Assembly: GCA_035494495.1 (NCBI GenBank)
Contig: DATJGY010000054.1
Coordinates: 1-34,203 of the forward strand
DNA length: 34,203 nt
Direction: 5' to 3'
Source of the DNA: Alphaproteobacteria bacterium
Lineage (GTDB): Bacteria > Patescibacteriota > Microgenomatia > UBA8517
The position numbers and the translations under genes are program-made. How positions within the stretch are numbered: the first letter of the stretch is position 1; every line of letters starts with the position of its first letter. Shown here piece by piece: positions 28,585-34,203 of the stretch. Under the pieces are notes generated by a model. It was not told where the DNA came from, ran no database searches, and saw only the letters and a program-made list of their open reading frames with translations.

Positions 28585-30066
28585 ATGCAATCTTGGCTTT
28601 CGTGGTTTTTGAGGGGACTTCTGTTTGTTGCATTTTTAATATTGTTGGTAAAAATGTTTGAACTTCAAATTATCAAAGGAGAATACTATCGTCATCTTTC
28701 AGAAGAAAATCGTATTAAACATATAGCGATTACCGCAGATAGAGGAAGGATTCTCGCTTCGGGAGGAGAGTTGTTAGCAGGTAACAAAGATGGAAACAGG
28801 ATATACCCGCTCGGTAGTAATTCTGCCCATTTGATAGGCTATTTAAGTAAAGTAAATAGCGAAGAAATTAACACTATTAATCCAAAATGCCCTGAAAAAG
28901 GTCCACGTATTTCCGGCATGATGCTTGGAAAAACCGGATTGGAAGAAGAGTACGAATGTGAACTTTTGGGAATTCCCGGCGAAGAATTAATTGAGGTTGA
29001 TGCTAAGGGCGAGAAACTTAGATCGCTTGGCAAGAAAGATCCGATTCCCGGACAAGATATAACAACAACTATTGATTATGGAATACAACTTGCAACCGCC
29101 CAAGCAATGGAAGGTAAAAAAGGCGCTGCAATTGTTACAACTCCACAGGGTGAAGTTTTGGCTTTTTATTCCGGCCCTTCTTTTGATCCGCAAAAGATTT
29201 CCGATTCTCTTGCGAGTCCTGATTTGCCATTTTTCAATCGAGTTATAAGTGGAACTTTTCACCCGGGCTCAGTTTTTAAGCCATTGGTAGCGCTTGCCGC
29301 ACTGGAGGAGCGTGCGATTGATAAAAATTTTTCATACAACGATCAAGGTGTAATTAATGTTGGTACTTTTTCGTATTCAAATTGGTATTTCAGTGAATTC
29401 GGAAGAACTGAAGGCCAGATTGGTTTAACCAAAGCTTTGGCAAGATCAACTGATACTTTTTTTTATAAAATTGGTGAGATGGTTGGACCTGAAAAAATTG
29501 CGTCTTGGGCGCAAAAATTTGGTTTAGATAAAAAAACCGGAATTGATTTGCCAGGCGAAAAAGCTGGATTAATTCCAACTCCCGAGTGGAAGAAGAAAAC
29601 AATTGGTGAATCTTGGTTTTTGGGAAATACATATCACATGGCAATTGGACAAGGAGATGTAGCTGTAACGCCTTTGGAAATTAATACATATATTTCTGCA
29701 ATTGCAAACAACGGGAATTTTTGTATTCCACATTTGATTAATAAAACTTCAGATTGCATTAATTTAAAGGTTAAACAGGAAAATATTGACGTAATTAAAG
29801 AGGGTATGAAAGAAGCGTGCAGTGAGGGCGGAACGGCTTATACTTTTTTTGACTTTGCCGCGAAACACGATGATATTCAGGTAGCTTGTAAAACTGGAAC
29901 GGCAGAGGTGGGAACAGATGGCACTCCGCATGCTTGGTTTACATTAATGGCACCACTTGAAAATCCACAGGTTGTTGTGACAATTTTGATTGAAAAAGGC
30001 GGCCAAGGTTCGCAAGTTGCAGGCCCTATTGCACGAAAAATTCTTGACTATGTATATTTTAGGTAA
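28585..30066 (+). CDS. mrdA: penicillin-binding protein 2 (class B transpeptidase), short N-terminal domain
   Basis: N-terminal TM segment. SxxK as GSVFKP, and KTGTAE. Confidence 0.85.
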   Translation: MQSWLSWFLRGLLFVAFLILLVKMFELQIIKGEYYRHLSEENRIKHIAITADRGRILASGGELLAGNKDGNRIYPLGSNSAHLIGYLSKVNSEEINTINPKCPEKGPRISGMMLGKTGLEEEYECELLGIPGEELIEVDAKGEKLRSLGKKDPIPGQDITTTIDYGIQLATAQAMEGKKGAAIVTTPQGEVLAFYSGPSFDPQKISDSLASPDLPFFNRVISGTFHPGSVFKPLVALAALEERAIDKNFSYNDQGVINVGTFSYSNWYFSEFGRTEGQIGLTKALARSTDTFFYKIGEMVGPEKIASWAQKFGLDKKTGIDLPGEKAGLIPTPEWKKKTIGESWFLGNTYHMAIGQGDVAVTPLEINTYISAIANNGNFCIPHLINKTSDCINLKVKQENIDVIKEGMKEACSEGGTAYTFFDFAAKHDDIQVACKTGTAEVGTDGTPHAWFTLMAPLENPQVVVTILIEKGGQGSQVAGPIARKILDYVYFR

Positions 30067-30595
30067 CCTACTCAAATCAGATAAAAAGGCCATCGCTGTT
30101 GTTGGATCAAGAAATATGTCAGCTCGCGGCGAAAAATTAACCAGAGATTTTGTAAAAGAATTAGTTACGAATGGATTCACGATTATTTCAGGATTGGCGC
30201 GAGGAATTGACACAATCGCTCATCAAACAGCTTTGGAAAATGGAGGGCGAACAATTGCAGTTTTGGGTTGTGGACTAGACACAATTTACCCTTCGGAGAA
30301 TAAAAATTTAGCTCAAAAAATAATTAAACATGGCGCTTTGGTCTCCAAATTTCCACCGGGAACTAAACCATTTGGCAAAAATTTTTTGGCGAGGAATAAA
30401 ACTATAGTTGAGTTATCACAAGCAGTTTTGATTATTGAAGGGGAAAAAAGAAGTGGAACTCTCTCAACCGCAGCTCATGCGGCAAACTTGGGAATTGATG
30501 TTTTTGCAATTCCAGGTAGCGAGGCAACTGATTGGTTAATCGAAGAAGGAGCAAATAGTGTAAAATCACCTGAAGAGTTATTAGAAAATTTATGA
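30050..30595 (+). CDS. dprA: DNA-processing protein DprA, Rossmann-fold core only
   Basis: IAVVGSRNMSARGEKL..., ISGLARGIDTIAHQTAL, TIAVLGCGLD and RNKTI. The conserved dprA-topA linkage is present. Confidence 0.8.
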   Translation: MYILGNLLKSDKKAIAVVGSRNMSARGEKLTRDFVKELVTNGFTIISGLARGIDTIAHQTALENGGRTIAVLGCGLDTIYPSENKNLAQKIIKHGALVSKFPPGTKPFGKNFLARNKTIVELSQAVLIIEGEKRSGTLSTAAHAANLGIDVFAIPGSEATDWLIEEGANSVKSPEELLENL

Positions 30596-32565
30596 ACCTA
30601 ATCATCGTTGAATCACCAACTAAAGCCAAGACTCTTGGGAAATTTCTTGGAAAAGATTATGTGGTTGAGGCAACTATGGGCCATATTAAAGATTTACCAA
30701 AAAGCAAACTTGGTGTGGATATTGAACATGATTTTAAACCTGATTTTATTGAAGTTGAAAAAAGAGCTGCAACTATAAAACTTCTTAAATCTAGCGCTAA
30801 AAAAGCAAAAATAATTTTTATAGCATCAGATCCTGACCGCGAAGGAGAAGCTATTGCTCAACATGTAAATGACATAATTTCTGTTCACGGTTCACCGTTG
30901 ACTATTCACCGTATAACTTTTCACGAAATTACAAAGGAAGCAGTAGAAGAAGCTTTAAATCATCCGGGTAAAATTAATCAAGATCTTGTTGATGCCCAAA
31001 CTGCACGCCGAGTTCTTGATCGTTTGGTTGGCTATAAACTCTCACCTCTTTTATGGAAAAAAGTTAGGGTTGGTTTATCAGCAGGGCGTGTTCAATCAGT
31101 TGCCGTTCGATTGATCGTTGAAAAAGAACGGGAAATTGAAAAGTTTAAATCAGATGAATATTGGGAAATATATGTAACAGTTCACCGTTCACCGTTGACG
31201 GTTGACAAGTTTACAGTCCAACTTATCAAACAGGAAATTAAAAACAAAACACAAGCTGACAAAATTTTGGCTGATTTAGAAAAAGCAAATTACAAAGTTC
31301 TTGATGTTAAGAAAAGGCAAGTTGTAAAAAATCCTTATCCACCGTTTACAACCTCAACCATGACCCAAACTGCAGCAAGGCTTTTTGGCTGGTCTTCCAA
31401 AAAAACCATGTCAATTGCTCAAGGACTTTATGAAGAAGGTTTGATTACATACCATAGAACCGATTCATTAAATTTAAATTTTGCGGCAGTTGAAAAAGCT
31501 AGACAACATATTAGCAAAGAATATGGGCAAAATTATCTTCCAGAAAAACCAAGATTGTACAAAACAACTTCTAAATCTGCACAAGAAGCACATGAGGCCA
31601 TCCGTGTGACGGATGTGGGCCGTGAACCGTCAACAGTCAACGGTGAACATGGAGAACAAAAATTATATGATTTAATTTGGAAAAGATTTCTTGCATGCCA
31701 GATGGCATCAGCAATCTATGACGAAACAACTATCGACGTTTCCGCCGCTGTTCACAGTTCACCGTTCACAGTTCACTATCTTCGCGCCTCTGGTCAAATT
31801 ATGATCTTCGACGGTTGGCGAAAATTATTCCCTCTTGATTCTCAAGTTGTAATCTTGCCTGATGTTAAAAAAGATGAGGAATTAAAGAAAATCAAGGTTT
31901 GGGGAGAACAAAAGTTTACACAACCGCCCGCAAGATTTAATGAAGCTTCGTTAATCAAAACTTTAGAAAAGTTGGGGATTGGCCGGCCAAGTACTTATGC
32001 TCCAACAATTTCTACAATTCAAGTTCGAAATTATGTTGAGAAAAAAGAAGGCAAATTTTTCCCGACGACAATTGGAATTGCTGTCAATGATTTTTTGATT
32101 GGCAATTTTCCAGACACATTTGATTATGGATTTACAGCCGGAATGGAAGGCAAATTGGATGAGGTTGCGAATGGAAAACTCAAATGGCAAAAAGAAATTG
32201 GAAGTTTCTGGAAACCTTTGAGCAAAAAAATAGTTAATGTCGAGAAAAATTCAACAAGAGTAAAAATTGAAGTTGAAAAATTAGGTAAAAAATGCCCAGA
32301 TTGTAAGGATGGAGAATTGGTAATTAGAACAGGGAGATTTGGCAAATTTATTTCCTGCTCGCTTTTCCCAGAGTGTAAACATACTGAAAAATACTTAGAG
32401 AAAACTGGAATGCAGTGTCCGGAATGCGGAAGTGGGGACGTGATTGTCAAAAAATCAGGAAAGGGGAGAAAGTTTTTTGGTTGCTCCAGATATCCAGAAT
32501 GTAAATTTGCTTCTTGGCAAATTCCAAAAAAAGAGGAAAATACTACAAATGGAAAGAGTACATGA
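30592..32565 (+). CDS. topA: DNA topoisomerase I with two C-terminal C4 zinc ribbons
   Basis: Toprim domain (IIVESPTKAKT, DPDREGEAIA), active-site region ITYHRTDS, and CPDC...CSLFPEC and CPEC...CSRYPEC. Confidence 0.95.
   Translation: MNLIIVESPTKAKTLGKFLGKDYVVEATMGHIKDLPKSKLGVDIEHDFKPDFIEVEKRAATIKLLKSSAKKAKIIFIASDPDREGEAIAQHVNDIISVHGSPLTIHRITFHEITKEAVEEALNHPGKINQDLVDAQTARRVLDRLVGYKLSPLLWKKVRVGLSAGRVQSVAVRLIVEKEREIEKFKSDEYWEIYVTVHRSPLTVDKFTVQLIKQEIKNKTQADKILADLEKANYKVLDVKKRQVVKNPYPPFTTSTMTQTAARLFGWSSKKTMSIAQGLYEEGLITYHRTDSLNLNFAAVEKARQHISKEYGQNYLPEKPRLYKTTSKSAQEAHEAIRVTDVGREPSTVNGEHGEQKLYDLIWKRFLACQMASAIYDETTIDVSAAVHSSPFTVHYLRASGQIMIFDGWRKLFPLDSQVVILPDVKKDEELKKIKVWGEQKFTQPPARFNEASLIKTLEKLGIGRPSTYAPTISTIQVRNYVEKKEGKFFPTTIGIAVNDFLIGNFPDTFDYGFTAGMEGKLDEVANGKLKWQKEIGSFWKPLSKKIVNVEKNSTRVKIEVEKLGKKCPDCKDGELVIRTGRFGKFISCSLFPECKHTEKYLEKTGMQCPECGSGDVIVKKSGKGRKFFGCSRYPECKFASWQIPKKEENTTNGKST
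30883..30910. repeat. heptamer block 1 in topA (4 x 7 nt)
   Basis: GTTCACG GTTCACC GTTGACT ATTCACC; encodes VHGSPLTIH. Confidence 0.9.
31180..31207. repeat. heptamer block 2 in topA (4 x 7 nt)
   Basis: GTTCACC GTTCACC GTTGACG GTTGACA; encodes VHRSPLTVD. Confidence 0.9.
31621..31648. repeat. heptamer block 3 in topA (4 x 7 nt, inverted orientation)
   Basis: CGTGAAC CGTCAAC AGTCAAC GGTGAAC; encodes REPSTVNGE. Confidence 0.9.
31750..31777. repeat. heptamer block 4 in topA (4 x 7 nt)
   Basis: GTTCACA GTTCACC GTTCACA GTTCACT; encodes VHSSPFTVH. Confidence 0.9.
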
Positions 32566-33160
32566 GAACCGACCTCCTTTAGAAACTGTGTATGGTACCC
32601 TTCCAGACTGGGCGGTAAAAGAACATGTAAGTAGTGGATATATAGGTATAGATCCATTATCTCCTGATTGGGAAAAAAAAATGGGACCTGTAACTATGGA
32701 TTTTCATATGAGTGGACATATTGAAGTTCCCAAAATTGAACCACATTGGCATATTGATACAGCACAAAAGGTTAATGGAAATCACTATGATGTTAGAGAT
32801 CTAGAACCAAAAGGAGCCTTCATTATGCAACCGGGACAATTTATTATTGTTGCAACCAAAGAAAAGTTAACACTACCTAATGATATGGTGGGTAGATTGG
32901 AAGGAAGAAGTAGTCTTGCACGAATGGGTTTGGTTGTTCATTTAACTGCTGGAAGATTTGATCCTGGTTATAATAATAACCCAGTTCTTGAACTAAAAAA
33001 TAATGGTCAAACAGATATCATAATATACGAAGGAATGCCTATATGTGCATTTTCTTTTGAACGCCTAATGGCATCTGTTGAAAGAAGTTATGCAGTTCGA
33101 GGAAGATATACAGGAACAGATATAAAACCTAATTTTGATAGAAAAGATTTACAATTATAA
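32549..33160 (+). CDS. dcd: dCTP deaminase
   Basis: GRLEGRSSLARMGLVVHLTAGRFDPGYNNNPVLELKNNG matches the Dcd core, including the catalytic Glu. ATG 32549 overlaps the topA 3' end. Confidence 0.85.
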   Translation: MERVHENRPPLETVYGTLPDWAVKEHVSSGYIGIDPLSPDWEKKMGPVTMDFHMSGHIEVPKIEPHWHIDTAQKVNGNHYDVRDLEPKGAFIMQPGQFIIVATKEKLTLPNDMVGRLEGRSSLARMGLVVHLTAGRFDPGYNNNPVLELKNNGQTDIIIYEGMPICAFSFERLMASVERSYAVRGRYTGTDIKPNFDRKDLQL

Positions 33161-33163
33161 AAT

Positions 33164-33712
33164 ATGCCAATAGGACCTGAAAGATTACTTGAATTGGTGA
33201 CAACACAAGGATTAGTTAAGGGTTTATCAGAAAGAGAATTAACTAATCCTGAAGGAGCGGGTTTTGATTTGCGACTTGGCCAGGTCTATAAACTTGTCCA
33301 AACTCCAGATGCATATTTAGGTATTAAAGACAGAAAAACTCCAGACATTGAATTGATTGCATCGTATAAGAATGATAAAGAAGTTGCTGATTACATAATA
33401 GGTCCTGGTGATTTTGTTTTAGTTCGAACGATTGAATCAGTGAAATTACCAGTTGATATCGCAGGCTACTGTTTTACTAGGTCAACTCTCTTTAGATCTG
33501 GTTTAGAACTTCTTTGTACTCAGGCTGCCCCGGGTTATGAAGGTGAATTAACGTTTGGTTTAAAAAATGTTGGACCAATGCCTATAAAGATAGAAATGGG
33601 AGCTCGAATTGCCCATATTCAATTTGAACCAGTTGATGGTGGGGGCAATGCTTACAGGGGTCAATGGCAAGGTGGGCGTGTGTCTACTGATGGAGAGGAA
33701 ACTCAAGTTTAA
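33164..33712 (+). CDS. second dCTP deaminase/dUTPase-superfamily protein (Dcd-type dUTPase or bifunctional Dcd-Dut candidate)
   Basis: GFDLRLG, TRSTLFRSGLELLCTQAAPGYEGELTFGLKNVG and ARIAHIQF. Confidence 0.7.
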   Translation: MPIGPERLLELVTTQGLVKGLSERELTNPEGAGFDLRLGQVYKLVQTPDAYLGIKDRKTPDIELIASYKNDKEVADYIIGPGDFVLVRTIESVKLPVDIAGYCFTRSTLFRSGLELLCTQAAPGYEGELTFGLKNVGPMPIKIEMGARIAHIQFEPVDGGGNAYRGQWQGGRVSTDGEETQV

Positions 33713-33714
33713 AT

Positions 33715-34203
33715 ATGTTTAAAGATTTATCACCAGAACAAAGAGGGGCAAAAGAAACTCAGCCATCGTATAACGTAGAACCAAGAGTTTACCCTATGGG
33801 TTTTATACCCACAATTAAAGATAGATTGGTGGACTTTGCCCAGAATACTTTAGGAGAAAGAAATGTGCAACTTAGCACTCTAGGTAAGAATTTAATTGAT
33901 GCAATTCAAAAAGTAGATGAAGGTGAAAATCTTCAAGAAGTTTTTAATTTAGCTCAACAAGTAAAAGATTTTGCAGAAGAAGGTGGAAAAATATCACATG
34001 AAGAAATCGAATTTGTAAATAGTGCATTGCGCACAGAGGAAGAATTGGCTGTTATTTTTGCCAAGGTTTCAAGAAGTGCGGGTTCTTTTGAAGACATTGC
34101 AAGAACAGTTACGGAAGAAGGTGCTAGAAAATTCCATGAGAAATGGACGACAAGTTTAGAAGGATATGGACACGCGTCTGTTGCTGAACATGCGATTGTT
34201 CAC
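33715..34203 (+). CDS. thyX: FAD-dependent thymidylate synthase ThyX, N-terminal part (3' end outside window)
   Basis: Open frame from ATG 33715 to the window end. ...KVSRSAGSFEDI...GYGHASVAEHAIVH resembles the ThyX GHxSxxEH motif, but it is reached only after about 150 aa. Confidence 0.6.
   Translation, partial: MFKDLSPEQRGAKETQPSYNVEPRVYPMGFIPTIKDRLVDFAQNTLGERNVQLSTLGKNLIDAIQKVDEGENLQEVFNLAQQVKDFAEEGGKISHEEIEFVNSALRTEEELAVIFAKVSRSAGSFEDIARTVTEEGARKFHEKWTTSLEGYGHASVAEHAIVH

Noticed and set aside
30883-31777. Whether the heptamer blocks could be a CRISPR array or CRISPR remnant.
   Set aside because: The units are 7 nt and directly tandem, with no spacers. The blocks are 28 nt in total, lie inside intact conserved ORFs, and no cas genes are present.
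32124-32657. Minus-strand ORF of 177 aa across the topA 3' end.
   Set aside because: It is antisense to the topA zinc-ribbon region, which is clearly coding on the plus strand.
32549-33712. The dCTP deaminase pair as a nucleotide-depletion anti-phage defence system.
   Set aside because: Both proteins are short, single-domain and canonical in their core motifs. They sit in an operon with thyX and topA, so a housekeeping dTMP pathway is the simpler reading.

Overview
Low-GC (about one third G+C by eye), very gene-dense bacterial window that uses the standard code (TGA is a stop at queA, dprA and topA). By inference it looks like a reduced-genome Patescibacteria/CPR-type organism: overlapping genes, a GxxExxY protein, a Wzy/TPR membrane protein, a short dprA and a scrambled ribosomal-protein neighbourhood. 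Housekeeping genes: atpD (partial) and atpC; rplL-rplJ-rplA-rplK-nusG-secE on the minus strand; rnhB, rpsU, gmd, rpmG, queA, rpmB, fmt-def and mreB; and mrdA-dprA-topA-dcd-dcd/dut-like-thyX (partial). There are four tRNAs: Trp-CCA, Thr-GGU, Thr-UGU and Tyr-GUA. No rRNA, CRISPR array or transposase was seen. Four things stand out. (1) A seven-gene co-directional island (2898-8762) encodes a 7TM membrane protein, four ATP-grasp amidoligases (one fused to a RimB/retropepsin-like peptidase), a SAM methyltransferase and an orphan protein. It sits next to a divergent ABC exporter and occupies the place where rpoBC usually follows rplL. This is my best candidate for an uncharacterised peptide-making or peptide-tagging system. 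(2) Blocks of mostly four tandem heptanucleotides (28 nt) are embedded in frame inside conserved genes: topA x4, def x1, rnhB x1 and the Wzy-like gene x3-5. One unit family (GTTCACN/GTTGACN) is shared between topA and def. (3) At most transcription-unit heads a -10 box lies 5-9 nt upstream of the start codon with no Shine-Dalgarno, which suggests widespread leaderless mRNAs. (4) There are several candidate RNA elements and small ORFs: a structured L11-operon leader with a 33-aa membrane peptide ORF, a GC-rich rpsU leader, and a roughly 150-nt structured intergenic region. All calls rest on reading the translations and sequence by eye. No database search was run.
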